Of a stretch of 64,000 bases of DNA, positions 1 to 9,561 are shown in pieces (position 1 is the stretch's first letter; each line of letters begins with the position of its first letter). The notes below the pieces were generated by a model. The model searched no databases, was not told where the DNA came from, and was given only the letters and a program-made list of their open reading frames with translations. The stretch lies in IMG/VR virus record IMGVR_UViG_3300020048_000108; one strand, given 5' to 3'. The position numbers and the translations under genes were made by a program. Source of the stretch: an uncultured virus (IMG/VR IMGVR_UViG_3300020048_000108) (Duplodnaviria; Heunggongvirae; Uroviricota; Caudoviricetes).

Positions 1-309
1 TTTAATATCATTAAAGTTACCAAACTTGACGAAGGTATCATCTTTATCAGGAATAAGATTTTTACGAATTTCAGGAAGAACAGAGACATTGTTAAATGAA
101 CGTTCCATTTCTTGAACTTTTCGTTGGGTTACTTCCAAATTCCATTTGCCACGACCAACCTTAAATTGCTCAAGTCGTTTTGTGACAGTTGGATAAGAAA
201 TATTTTTAGAGACACAATATCCACGAACATCGGCAGCAGTAAATTCTTTGCCAAAGGTGGTCTTAAGGTCTCCAAGAATTTGATCGTCGGTCATGTGAAG
301 GCGGGTCAT
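1..309 (-). CDS. cobS: CobS-like AAA+ ATPase, N-terminal part (runs off window edge)
   Basis: Manual translation MTRLHMTDDQILGDLKTTFGKEFTAADVRGYC...GRGKWNLEV...NLIPDKDDTFVKFGNFNDIK resembles the cyanophage CobS N-terminus; directly downstream of the vWA/CobT-like gene; not in the ORF track. Confidence 0.8.
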   Translation of the reverse strand, partial: MTRLHMTDDQILGDLKTTFGKEFTAADVRGYCVSKNISYPTVTKRLEQFKVGRGKWNLEVTQRKVQEMERSFNNVSVLPEIRKNLIPDKDDTFVKFGNFNDIK

Positions 310-337
310 AATGTGGGTGGTTTGTTTCAACTTAAAT

Positions 338-395
338 ATTATAGGGCAAAGGTGGTGGTCTTGCAGACCCCGGTGGTCAGTTCTCCAACTGGCAC
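338..395 (-). promoter_or_regulatory. Palindromic-box promoter (box 374-395, TATAAT 338-343)
   Basis: + strand tggtcagttctccaactggcac 30 bp from attata; same geometry as six other copies. Confidence 0.7.
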
Positions 396-423
396 TCTCA
401 CCTCCCAATAATTCTATATTTAT

Positions 424-2598
424 TCAGACGACAAGTTCTATAAACTCACCAAGAACCTTTTTGTTCATCTTTTTACTTTTTAGACTTTTCACAAAGGCAG
501 ATTTAATTTGCGATTTCGATGCATCTTCAGCAACCTCAAATTCGGTATCTTGAGAAAGTGCAGAAGAAGAGAGACCAAAGTATGCATCATAACCAGATTT
601 GGTGATTGTAAAACTTTTCATTTTTTTCCAATCGGACATAATTTTTACATATTCTTTATCACGTTGGTCATGATAAAGATTTACGAACCGACTTGTATCA
701 CGTCCATTAATAACACGAATACCAATAAAGTTTACAGTAGGAAACTTATTCTTGAGATTATGAAGAAGAGTGTCGGTATATTGGCTATACCCATATTCAA
801 ATTTATACGTGGTTCCAATTTTTCTATCGCGAAGAAAAGTGTTCTTGGCAGTTACGGAACGAATACCAATGTAAGTTTCCTTTACATCATTTGAACGAGA
901 ACGATTGATTTCTACATGATATGGAAGATGATTTGCTTCACCATCGGTCAAGATTACACACTGAACTTTTTGAAGTTTATTCTCTGTCTGAAAATATGGA
1001 AGAATTTGATGCAAAGAAATTAACGATTCATTCAATGGAGTTCCGGACAAATTGAGACGAGACGAACAAGTATATTTCGTTCCATATGGATCGGACATAT
1101 AATTTGCAATACGCCAAATGTTCATCATCTGATGTTCTAGTTTTTGGTTAGTCACCTTACTGGTGAAAAAATTCATCAATGAAAAACTACTATCTACGCT
1201 AATAAGTCCTTCCTTTTTTTCATAGTGTTGAGGGGGAATTTTTCCTTCATTGTAATTTGGATAATTCCATTCATTCGTAAATGCATAAACTTCAAAAGGA
1301 ATTGAAACTTTTTTACAGAACCAAATCAAATTAAAGAGTTGTTTTAGAGTATCCATCAAAATATTTGACATAGAACCACTCCAATCTAAAATAAAAATCA
1401 AACCATGATTTTTACCATCAGGAATTACACTTACTTTTTTAAACAAGTCCTCATTAAACATATAAGTATGAAGACGAGTAGTATCAAGAATACCTGTACG
1501 AGCAGTTAATGTGCGAGAATAAGCATCTGCTGCCTTACGACACTCAAACTCTTTTACCAGATAGTTAACTTCTTTTTGTGCAGATACTTTAAATTTTTTG
1601 AAAGAAATATTTACATCTTCGTAAAGATTATTCGTTTTCTGTCCCAATTCTTTTTGTGTATTGTCAAATTTTATTTGTTGTTTGGAAAAATATTCATCAA
1701 TAACCTGATGAACTTCAGAATTTTTTGCAATTACGGTTTCAAGATTAAGTTTGGGAATTTCAATATATGTATTTTCACATCCCTCATTATTCACCAAATC
1801 TTTAATTTTTTCATTAAGAGAATCAGCAGTACGAACTTCTGGTTCTTTATTCTGTTCATAATTTTCAACAATTTGAGGTGTTTCGGAAGTTTCTTCAGGA
1901 TTATCAGATTCTTCAGATTGTTTCTGTTCTGAAGTTTTTTCTTCAGATTCTTGTTGTTCAGATTCTTCAGATTGAGATTCTTCTTCTTCACCAGAAGATG
2001 TCCCACTTTCTTTCTGATCATCTTCAATATTAGAAACTTTTTCTTGTTCTTTTTCTTTTTTACAATATTTGTAAAGAACTTCTGCTGTATAAAGAGCATC
2101 CTCAAAAGTTTCAATATCAGCAATCATATCAATGATTTCTTTCTCTTCCGAATTAAAATCAAGATTGATAAAATTGCCAACCTTAAAATAAAGATTTGCA
2201 CGGTCTGCAAGATTAAAGGTAGAGACATCCTCCCCTTCCAATTGAAAGAAATCTTGCTCATTCAGTTGCTTATACCCGGCAAAGAAAGTCTTTGCAAGAC
2301 CAGCATATTTACGCTTCATTAGTTTCTCAACACGGGCATCTTCTACCACATTTACAAACTGTTGAGGAATTTTGTAATCTTTAGACCAATCAATATCATC
2401 GGTAAAAATTGAATGCCCGCACTCGTGGGCGACAAGTAAATCATAGACATTATTACTTGCTTTCTCCCAAAGAGGAAGAGTTAGAACCCGAGTATGAACA
2501 TTAAAGCAGGCAGTATCTACTTTTTTATGCTCAACAATAATATCTTCTGTTGCTAGAAGACGAGCAAGCATTCCCTTTACTTCAAGATTAACAGCCAT
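424..2598 (-). CDS. CobT-like protein: N-terminal HExxH metallopeptidase-like domain, acidic linker, C-terminal vWA domain
   Basis: HECGH and NVVEDAR motifs; MIDAS motif DWSGS, LSGTPL, LTDGE; adjacent to cobS. Confidence 0.85.
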   Translation of the reverse strand: MAVNLEVKGMLARLLATEDIIVEHKKVDTACFNVHTRVLTLPLWEKASNNVYDLLVAHECGHSIFTDDIDWSKDYKIPQQFVNVVEDARVEKLMKRKYAGLAKTFFAGYKQLNEQDFFQLEGEDVSTFNLADRANLYFKVGNFINLDFNSEEKEIIDMIADIETFEDALYTAEVLYKYCKKEKEQEKVSNIEDDQKESGTSSGEEEESQSEESEQQESEEKTSEQKQSEESDNPEETSETPQIVENYEQNKEPEVRTADSLNEKIKDLVNNEGCENTYIEIPKLNLETVIAKNSEVHQVIDEYFSKQQIKFDNTQKELGQKTNNLYEDVNISFKKFKVSAQKEVNYLVKEFECRKAADAYSRTLTARTGILDTTRLHTYMFNEDLFKKVSVIPDGKNHGLIFILDWSGSMSNILMDTLKQLFNLIWFCKKVSIPFEVYAFTNEWNYPNYNEGKIPPQHYEKKEGLISVDSSFSLMNFFTSKVTNQKLEHQMMNIWRIANYMSDPYGTKYTCSSRLNLSGTPLNESLISLHQILPYFQTENKLQKVQCVILTDGEANHLPYHVEINRSRSNDVKETYIGIRSVTAKNTFLRDRKIGTTYKFEYGYSQYTDTLLHNLKNKFPTVNFIGIRVINGRDTSRFVNLYHDQRDKEYVKIMSDWKKMKSFTITKSGYDAYFGLSSSALSQDTEFEVAEDASKSQIKSAFVKSLKSKKMNKKVLGEFIELVV

Positions 2599-2621
2599 TT
2601 GGGTTTGTGTGATATGTGAGT

Positions 2622-2679
2622 ATTATACAAAAAAACCCCTCCTTGCGGAGAGGTCTTGTGGCAGTTTGGAAAGTGGTTC
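2622..2679 (-). promoter_or_regulatory. Palindromic-box promoter (box 2658-2679, TATAAT 2622-2627) overlapping a terminator-like hairpin
   Basis: gtggcagtttggaaagtggttc 30 bp from attata; intervening hairpin followed by a T-run on the minus strand. Confidence 0.65.
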
Positions 2680-2691
2680 AGTTCCCACTCA

Positions 2692-3381
2692 TCAAGATCC
2701 AAGTCTTCCAGATTTTGTAATAGCACCAAATAGTCCCTTCTCTTTAGTAGTTCTTGGTCTTGCATTAATTCTATTAATTCTTTCAAGTCTTGCAGCACTG
2801 TCTTTTGTTGCTGCTTGTGCTTCTGGTGTTTGTCTTTCACGATGACTTGATGCCTTTTTTTCCAACGATATACGTCCTAGATGAGTTTTTCTCTTTTCAC
2901 CAGCAACTCTTGCATTAGCAGATTTCATTAGTCTATGAGGTTCAGGAAGACCTCTCTGTGCTGCTGCTGATGCCTCAACAATACCTTCTCTCCAATCTTC
3001 ACTCATATTTGCCATAATAGCAGTTGCTGATTCTTCAGTATCGGCATAACCTTCATCAAGAAGATGTGAGAGAATGATGTCGTAAATATCTACTTCTTCT
3101 TTTTGAGTTCTTTCAACTTCTCTAATTTTTTTTGCTCTCTTTTTAAGGGAACTCTCTTGTTCTTTTGCACCTAATCTTATTGCTCTAGACGTTCTCCAAC
3201 TTGGACTACTAGCAACACCCCCCGCAATATTAGCATCCATATCTAAATTGGATGCTTTAGTTTTCATTTTTTGTCTTGGAGTTTTACCAGAAGAAAGTTT
3301 ATCATCAATATTAACTTTACCTTCATTTATAACAACTTCCATATATGCTTCTTGAAGATTGCGAATGTCTTGTGCGTCCAT
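2692..3381 (-). CDS. Hypothetical protein, probable late-expressed internal head protein
   Basis: 229 aa; TATAAATA upstream; N-terminal LQEAY and internal YDIILSHLLDEGYA...IMANMSEDW modules seen in cyanophage hypotheticals. Confidence 0.6.
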   Translation of the reverse strand: MDAQDIRNLQEAYMEVVINEGKVNIDDKLSSGKTPRQKMKTKASNLDMDANIAGGVASSPSWRTSRAIRLGAKEQESSLKKRAKKIREVERTQKEEVDIYDIILSHLLDEGYADTEESATAIMANMSEDWREGIVEASAAAQRGLPEPHRLMKSANARVAGEKRKTHLGRISLEKKASSHRERQTPEAQAATKDSAARLERINRINARPRTTKEKGLFGAITKSGRLGS

Positions 3382-3396
3382 TTTTACTAATACGTT

Positions 3397-3540
3397 TTAG
3401 TTATTTATAAAAAAAACACCCCTTTCGGAGTGCTTGTTCTTAAGTGCCTGACGACGTGCCTTTGCTTGTCGTAATGCTTGTGGTTTGAGTTTCCGTTTCT
3501 GCTCCTTTTTGGAGTGATGGTAGCGGTTTGGAACTTGCAT
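3397..3540 (-). CDS. Small basic hypothetical protein (47 aa)
   Basis: Manual translation MQVPNRYHHSKKEQKRKLKPQALRQAKARRQALKNKHSERGVFFINN. Confidence 0.55.
   Translation of the reverse strand: MQVPNRYHHSKKEQKRKLKPQALRQAKARRQALKNKHSERGVFFINN
3402..3409 (-). promoter_or_regulatory. T4-type late promoter TATAAATA
   Basis: Exact match 20 nt upstream of the ATG at 3381. Confidence 0.75.
3408..3435 (-). terminator. Rho-independent terminator
   Basis: CACTCC-GAAA-GGGGTG followed by a T-run on the minus strand. Confidence 0.65.
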
Positions 3541-3554
3541 GGTTCTTTAGTGTG

Positions 3555-5267
3555 TTAGGACATCATACGGGAAAAACCCTTGACTTTCTCAAAACGGTGG
3601 ACACTTTCAAATCTGTCCTCAAGACCAGTCTTATGGGAAATTACAAATATATTAGCATCCTTAATCACATAACGGATAATCTTAAGAAACTCATCAGTTC
3701 CAAATCCATCAAGAGAACTATCAAAAACTTCATCAAGAATTAAAAGATTCGTATTTACAGAATTCTTAAATCTTGCAACTTCTCTCCAAGTAAAGAGAAG
3801 TGATAAATCAATTCTCATCTTTTCACCTTCGCTAAAAGAAGCATAAGAGAAATCTTCGTGAATTGGAGACTGGACGGTTTCGTTAAACTCCTCATCAAGA
3901 GTAAAGTTAATATAGAAGTCCATCATTTGCAAATAACGATTGACTTGCTGATTAATCAGAGGCAGATACTTCTTGATAATTTTTGATTTTACTCCACCGT
4001 CTTTAAGTAAACTATAGGTGAAATCGTAATAGTTAATTGAGTCTTTTTTAGTTGAAAGTTCTTCGTATGTATTTTGGAGATTGTCTCTAAACTGTTCTAA
4101 TTTTTCATGTTCAGTATTTCTGTTTTCAAGTTTATTGGTAATAGTTTGAATTTCAGATTCAAGATTTCTGATTTGTCTTTGACAACCAGAAATTTTGATA
4201 TTATTTTGAGAAATGCCATTCGTTAGTTTTGAAATCTCCTTGGAAAGATTAAGGAATTGACGCTCTCGCTCTTCTTCCTCTTTAATTGCCTCCTCCAGTT
4301 CTTTATAACCAGATTGCAACTCTTTTGCTTTATTTTGAGCGTCATTAATTCTATTTATTCTAAAATCCTCACCAATCTCTTGTGTGCAGGTAGGACAAAC
4401 CGTATTTTCTTTAAAGAACTTGTGTTCTTTGGTAATGGTAGATACTTTTTGAGAGATTTTGCCTTTTAGATTTCCCAACTTACGAAGTTTATCAGCATAT
4501 CCAACTAACTTATCTTGTTCCCTAATATACTCACGAAGAGGTTCTTCTAGAGAAGAATTTTCATTCATTAAAAGTCCACTCTCTTCAGTAAGAGACCTGA
4601 TTGAAACTTCTTTATCTTTAATATTTCCCTTTCCACGATTTTCTAATTCTTCAATAAAGTCCTTTTGCATTTGAACTTTATCCATCAATGATTCTTTTTT
4701 TAGATCAAGGGTTTTGACTTCATCACGAATTTGACGGATCTTATCTTTAACAATCATATTCATAGAAGAGAAGATTTTAATATCCAGCAAATCTTCAATT
4801 ACTTCTCTACGATGAGATGTAGATAATTGCATAAAAGGAACAAAAGTACTACTACCCAAAATTACAATTTGAGTGAAAGACTTATAGTTCATTTTCAGAA
4901 CATTTTGCTCTAACCATTTTTGTTGATCTAATGCTGCAGAAGATTGATCCAATACAGAATCGTTCTTATAAATTTCAAAAACTGCTGGTTTAATTCCTCT
5001 TACAACTTTCCATTCAGTTGTTCCAATGGAAAACTCAACTTCAACTCTACAATCTTTTTCATTGATTGTATTGACTAATTGTGGTTTGTTAATTTTACGA
5101 AATGGTTTACCAAATAGGGAGAAACATAGAGCATCTAAAATAGTACTTTTACCTGCTCCATTTGTGCCAACAATTAAATTTGTAGAATTTTTAGTAAAGT
5201 CAACTTCTGTGTATTGATTGCCAGTAGATAATAGATTTTTCCATCGTATAGTTTTAAATATAATCAT
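3555..5267 (-). CDS. gp46: Recombination endonuclease ATPase subunit (SbcC/Rad50-like)
   Basis: Walker A GTNGAGKST, zinc hook CPTC, signature FSEGE, Walker B LILDE. Confidence 0.95.
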   Translation of the reverse strand: MIIFKTIRWKNLLSTGNQYTEVDFTKNSTNLIVGTNGAGKSTILDALCFSLFGKPFRKINKPQLVNTINEKDCRVEVEFSIGTTEWKVVRGIKPAVFEIYKNDSVLDQSSAALDQQKWLEQNVLKMNYKSFTQIVILGSSTFVPFMQLSTSHRREVIEDLLDIKIFSSMNMIVKDKIRQIRDEVKTLDLKKESLMDKVQMQKDFIEELENRGKGNIKDKEVSIRSLTEESGLLMNENSSLEEPLREYIREQDKLVGYADKLRKLGNLKGKISQKVSTITKEHKFFKENTVCPTCTQEIGEDFRINRINDAQNKAKELQSGYKELEEAIKEEEERERQFLNLSKEISKLTNGISQNNIKISGCQRQIRNLESEIQTITNKLENRNTEHEKLEQFRDNLQNTYEELSTKKDSINYYDFTYSLLKDGGVKSKIIKKYLPLINQQVNRYLQMMDFYINFTLDEEFNETVQSPIHEDFSYASFSEGEKMRIDLSLLFTWREVARFKNSVNTNLLILDEVFDSSLDGFGTDEFLKIIRYVIKDANIFVISHKTGLEDRFESVHRFEKVKGFSRMMS

Positions 5268-5526
5268 AATCAGAATCTGGGGGAATTACAATGTCATCAG
5301 AAGTAATAAGAGTATATCTATATCCATTCATTTCACAAATTTTCAACATTACTTCATCTTCAATTTCAATCACATGCATTTCCGGGTAATCATTTTCCTC
5401 CATCATCATAGCATATCTTGAAGCATCGTCTTCTTCTGAAAATAGGTAAAGAACTTGATCTCCATCATCATCCGTGACCGAATATGCACCTTCAGATTCT
5501 CGTCCGTTAATGGTTAGAATAAACAT
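5254..5526 (-). CDS. Conserved acidic hypothetical protein between gp47 and gp46
   Basis: 90 aa ORF tightly packed in the operon; usual cyanophage position. Confidence 0.75.
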   Translation of the reverse strand: MFILTINGRESEGAYSVTDDDGDQVLYLFSEEDDASRYAMMMEENDYPEMHVIEIEDEVMLKICEMNGYRYTLITSDDIVIPPDSDYDYI

Positions 5527-5527
5527 C

Positions 5528-6562
5528 TTAAACTAGTTCACATGCCTCTTGATAAACATCTTGCAGTAATTTTTGAACTATAGATTTATCAAGATTTACT
5601 TCTGCCTCCTCAATATATCTATTCAGGATAGATATAGTATCTTCTGATTCAAATGCCTCAAAGTTTTCAGATTCTTGAATTTCAAAATTTTCAATGATTT
5701 TTAATTCTGCAATATTTGAAGAATAAAGTTTATCAATGAATTTTTCAAATTGTTTCAAATCTGTTTTCTTACGGACAATGACTTTTACAATTTTATTTTC
5801 ATATTGCCGAACATCAAATAACTGATGATCAGTATCTTCATAATAAATATTATGAAACATTTTATATGGATTATCAACCGAAAAATGTTCTAAAGTTTCC
5901 GTATCAAAGATAGTAAATCCACGAGTATCATTTACATCATTCCAATATATCTCATAAGGATTGCCCGTATAGAATACAGTTCCATTATCAGAACGAGTGT
6001 GGTAATGACCAGAAAATACTTTTTTGAAATTTTTAAAAATATTTGCTTCCAGTCCATGTTCCATTACAAGCGAACGATTTACTCTAAATCCCTGAAGTTC
6101 AAGATGTCCCATTATAACTTTTGCTTTGCTCTTCTTAATCATCTTAAGTGATTGCTCTTCATTTTCCATACAAATCCATGGAAGTAGAAGAATATCAAGA
6201 TTATCAACTTTTATCTCTGTTGGATATGAATAAGTTTTAACGTTAGTATAATCTTTAAGAAGAAGTTGTGGAGAATTTGTATTATTTGTATTCTTATAGT
6301 AGGAGTCATGATTTCCTACTATCATATGAACATTATATTTGGATAAAGGTTCAAATACAACTCTTTTTGCCCATTCTAAACTTTGATAATCAATTGATTT
6401 GCGACTATCAAATGCGTCTCCCATATGAATGACTGTAGTAATCCCGTACTGTTCCAGCGTCGGAAAAAATACATTCTCATAGAAGAGTTCGAAGTAATCA
6501 TGAAAGAGTTTTGAACCTTTCCTTGCGCCAAAATGGCTGTCTGTAATCAAAGCAACAAGCAT
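5528..6562 (-). CDS. gp47: Recombination endonuclease nuclease subunit (SbcD/Mre11-like)
   Basis: Metallophosphoesterase motifs DSHFG, GDAFD, GNHD, SGHYH. Confidence 0.95.
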   Translation of the reverse strand: MLVALITDSHFGARKGSKLFHDYFELFYENVFFPTLEQYGITTVIHMGDAFDSRKSIDYQSLEWAKRVVFEPLSKYNVHMIVGNHDSYYKNTNNTNSPQLLLKDYTNVKTYSYPTEIKVDNLDILLLPWICMENEEQSLKMIKKSKAKVIMGHLELQGFRVNRSLVMEHGLEANIFKNFKKVFSGHYHTRSDNGTVFYTGNPYEIYWNDVNDTRGFTIFDTETLEHFSVDNPYKMFHNIYYEDTDHQLFDVRQYENKIVKVIVRKKTDLKQFEKFIDKLYSSNIAELKIIENFEIQESENFEAFESEDTISILNRYIEEAEVNLDKSIVQKLLQDVYQEACELV

Positions 6563-6564
6563 AA

Positions 6565-7104
6565 TCAGTAACGAAGTTTTGAATGAACTGCATCCTTAAT
6601 GGAATTATAGTCGCTGTAGTTGGATCCGTCAATAGTGTTGTCATCTCCAAACACTTCGCTGAACCCACTCCTTTCAATGATTTTATTTTTGATTTCCAAC
6701 TGGCGTTTTTCTCTTTGAATACGACGAAGAAATGCAAAGTGAATGATTTGAGTAAAATATGCGAAAGGATTTTGTGACTTCTCTGGATTAAAATTGTGAA
6801 TATATTGCACACAGTTCTCAATTCCATCTGAAATCATATCTTCCTTAAACATATAATTTACAAAATTTGGTTTGAAAGATAGGTGATTTGCAATCTTTAA
6901 GAAGCAGTCTCCAATGTAGCGAGGAATAACTGGTTTCGTATCCCAATTTGTTGCTCTATCTTCTTTTGTAAGTTCTCTACCATACTTTTGAATAAAAGTT
7001 ATTTCAACATCTTCACGATACTTAATAAGTGCAGCAAGAAACTCCTTATTATTGACGTAATGTTGTGACCTTTTTCTTTTGGCCATAACTGCTGTAGTTA
7101 TCAT
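6565..7104 (-). CDS. gp55: Late transcription sigma factor
   Basis: HYVNNKEFL, FVNYMFKEDMISDGIENC, NPFAYFTQII motifs; upstream of gp47. Confidence 0.95.
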   Translation of the reverse strand: MITTAVMAKRKRSQHYVNNKEFLAALIKYREDVEITFIQKYGRELTKEDRATNWDTKPVIPRYIGDCFLKIANHLSFKPNFVNYMFKEDMISDGIENCVQYIHNFNPEKSQNPFAYFTQIIHFAFLRRIQREKRQLEIKNKIIERSGFSEVFGDDNTIDGSNYSDYNSIKDAVHSKLRY

Positions 7105-7129
7105 TAGTCTTTCTCATTATTATGTATGA

Positions 7130-7158
7130 ATCATAGCACCAAATCAAATATTTGACAA
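7130..7158 (-). promoter_or_regulatory. Sigma70-like promoter for gp55
   Basis: TTGTCA-17 nt-TATGAT on the minus strand. Confidence 0.6.
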
Positions 7159-7180
7159 GCCTCTGAAATATTGGTATAAT
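7152..7180 (+). promoter_or_regulatory. Consensus sigma70 promoter, antisense to the UvsW operon
   Basis: TTGACA-17 nt-TATAAT exact. Confidence 0.7.
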
Positions 7181-7207
7181 ACCTTTGTGAGGGTTGAAAG
7201 GGTGGTA

Positions 7208-7606
7208 TTAGCTAATACTAAAGAGCTTCTCTAAAAGATCTTTAGCATCGTTGATATTTGAGATGTATCCCATTCTGCGATTTAGTTTAGATTGATTTCC
7301 GTTTTCTTTATACGATTGACGTACATAAGATTGATACATCATAATCATTTCAATATCAGAAGATTCTGATAGAGTTAGGACATCTTCTAAATTTAAAATA
7401 AACATATCTTCAGTTGTTGTCTTTAACCATGGTTCTATTTTATATCCAGCAATACCACCTCTTCCTTTAATTTCAGAAACAATAATTGGATTTGAAACTA
7501 TGAGCATAGTTTTATCTACCTCTTCGGAGGCAGCAACTTTAGCAAATATTTCTTCGCCTGATTTCAATTTAACTGTTGCAAAAAAATCTTCTTCAATTTC
7601 CATCAT
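7208..7606 (-). CDS. Conserved cyanophage protein (possible Sm-like fold)
   Basis: 132 aa; VKLKSGEEIFAKV motif; typical position between uvsW and gp55. Confidence 0.7.
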   Translation of the reverse strand: MMEIEEDFFATVKLKSGEEIFAKVAASEEVDKTMLIVSNPIIVSEIKGRGGIAGYKIEPWLKTTTEDMFILNLEDVLTLSESSDIEMIMMYQSYVRQSYKENGNQSKLNRRMGYISNINDAKDLLEKLFSIS

Positions 7607-9102
7607 TTTTTGAGATTTATGGTAAGTATTTCGTAATTAAACTGCTCTTCATTATAAATTTTAATTCTTTCGATAAGATGATTTAGAGTATAATTTTTTT
7701 TTGAATTGCACGTGCAATCATCAGATATATCATAAAGAATTGCTTTGGTTTTGNNNNNNNNNNTGGTTTTGTTTTTTCCTTTTCTGAGCACTCTACCAAT
7801 TGATTGCAAATTTCTTATTCTTGATTTACTTGGGGAAGCAAAAACAATATTGTTCAAGTTTCTAATATTGATACCAGTACTGAAAGTTCCGTAAGAAGCA
7901 ACGATAATGGCATTATTTTCTTCTTCAGTAATCTCTCTTACCATTTCTCTTTCTTCAGTATCCACTCCACCATGAACAAAGAATACTTTTCGATCATTTT
8001 GCTTACTACTATTTATTAAATCAAAAAGTATTGCTCCATGTGCTTCTACTCTTGAAAATAAAACAAGACTATTTCCTTTCAAATCTAAAGTTAAATTTGT
8101 AATAAATTTATTTCTTTTTTCATGACCGATTAAATATTGAATCTCATCTTCATAAGTTTCAAATTTTTGGGGTGGATGTTTGAGAACAAGACAACGAATA
8201 TCTAATTGTGAAAGATGTCCTTGTTGCATCAATTCTGCGGTTCTTGTTACTTTATATGATGGACCAAATAATCCTTCTAAAACCCATTTGTGAGTTTGAG
8301 TTCCATCTAAAGTTCCGGTAAAACCAAATCGATATTTTGCATGATGAAGTTTGGTCATGATTTCTATCAATGACTTACTCTTGAATAAATGTGCCTCATC
8401 ACCTATAATGACGCCATAATCTTCAAAGAATGAACGATCTAATTTATAGACGGATTGCCAAGTAGTAATGGTAACTGAATGTTTGTTTGTCTTTTCTTTA
8501 CCAGAATAAATTTTGTGGCAATATGAATCCGCATCCCAACCATAGTCTTCAAAATCTTTATACATCTGTTCNNNNNNNNNNTCAACTAGAGATGTAGTTG
8601 GAACTACTAAAAGAATTTTTTGACCTTTATCGACAAAGTATCTTACGACTGAATAAATCATTAGAGATTTTCCACTTGCCGTGGGACTTATTAATAATTT
8701 TCTATTGTATTTTAAAGATTCATATACTCCCTCTATTTGATAATCTCTGGGAGAATGTGAACAAATGGAATTCATATAATCCTTTACGCCTTCATATGAG
8801 ATGGTTTCATCAACTTCAAATGGAAGACCGTAAAATTTATTTTTTTTGAATTCGTAAGTGTAATTGTGGAGATTGAGTTTATCAATTACCTTATCTAACA
8901 GACCAACATAAATTTCTCCGGTGTGAGCACCTAATAGTCTTATTTTTCCGTCCCAGTGCCTACTTCTATACTGGGACATAAATTTTGCTGACTCCACCTC
9001 AAAAGTAAAATATGGTTGAAGTTCATAAAGAATATGAGACTCACAAGTCAATTTAATATAAACTTCATTTTTCTTTTCTATAATTACGTCGCTCATAGTC
9101 AT
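7603..9102 (-). CDS. uvsW: RNA-DNA/DNA helicase UvsW (spans two N gaps)
   Basis: SPTASGKS, DEAH, QSIGRVLR motifs; WDGKIRL N-terminus. Confidence 0.93.
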   Translation of the reverse strand: MTMSDVIIEKKNEVYIKLTCESHILYELQPYFTFEVESAKFMSQYRSRHWDGKIRLLGAHTGEIYVGLLDKVIDKLNLHNYTYEFKKNKFYGLPFEVDETISYEGVKDYMNSICSHSPRDYQIEGVYESLKYNRKLLISPTASGKSLMIYSVVRYFVDKGQKILLVVPTTSLVXXXXEQMYKDFEDYGWDADSYCHKIYSGKEKTNKHSVTITTWQSVYKLDRSFFEDYGVIIGDEAHLFKSKSLIEIMTKLHHAKYRFGFTGTLDGTQTHKWVLEGLFGPSYKVTRTAELMQQGHLSQLDIRCLVLKHPPQKFETYEDEIQYLIGHEKRNKFITNLTLDLKGNSLVLFSRVEAHGAILFDLINSSKQNDRKVFFVHGGVDTEEREMVREITEEENNAIIVASYGTFSTGINIRNLNNIVFASPSKSRIRNLQSIGRVLRKGKNKTXXXXKTKAILYDISDDCTCNSKKNYTLNHLIERIKIYNEEQFNYEILTINLKK

Positions 9103-9126
9103 AATAATAATGATACGACTATTTAT

Positions 9127-9561
9127 TTACCCAAGTCCAGCATTAAATCTCATAAACTCAATTGCATTTTTTATTTGGTAAGTTCTATTTTGAATTACTT
9201 TGAGAATACTTTCCAAATAAACTAGCATTGTGTCATAATAATCAATTTTAAGGCAAACACCAGACAATTTTTCATCCGCATCAAGATACTTTTGGAGAGT
9301 ATCCTTATCTCTAATTTTTTTTGGAAACGGATCTTTTTGATATACTTCTGGATCTGCTTTTCCACTATAATATTCATAACGATTGTGACGAATATTTTTT
9401 TTTTGTTGATCTGCTTTTTTTCTCAAGAGAAATATGTTATTATAAATTTCAAAATACTTTGCGTGAAGTATTGGAATATTCAAAGATTCTGTGTGAAGAT
9501 TATCTGGATCTATTTTAGAATCCTCCTCCCACATATTTTGAATATTTTGCAAATCAATCAT
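9127..9561 (-). CDS. uvsY: Recombination mediator UvsY
   Basis: YEYYSGKA, YLDADE, NRTYQIKNAIEF motifs; synteny. Confidence 0.88.
   Translation of the reverse strand: MIDLQNIQNMWEEDSKIDPDNLHTESLNIPILHAKYFEIYNNIFLLRKKADQQKKNIRHNRYEYYSGKADPEVYQKDPFPKKIRDKDTLQKYLDADEKLSGVCLKIDYYDTMLVYLESILKVIQNRTYQIKNAIEFMRFNAGLG

Noticed and set aside
1..2598. cobS/cobT as cobalamin-synthesis auxiliary genes
   Set aside because: No cobN or other cob genes in the window; the sequence supports only a generic AAA+/vWA chaperone-type pair.
7745..8581. Insertions or short duplications in uvsW
   Set aside because: Both are N-gap artefacts; TGGTTTTG is duplicated across the first gap.
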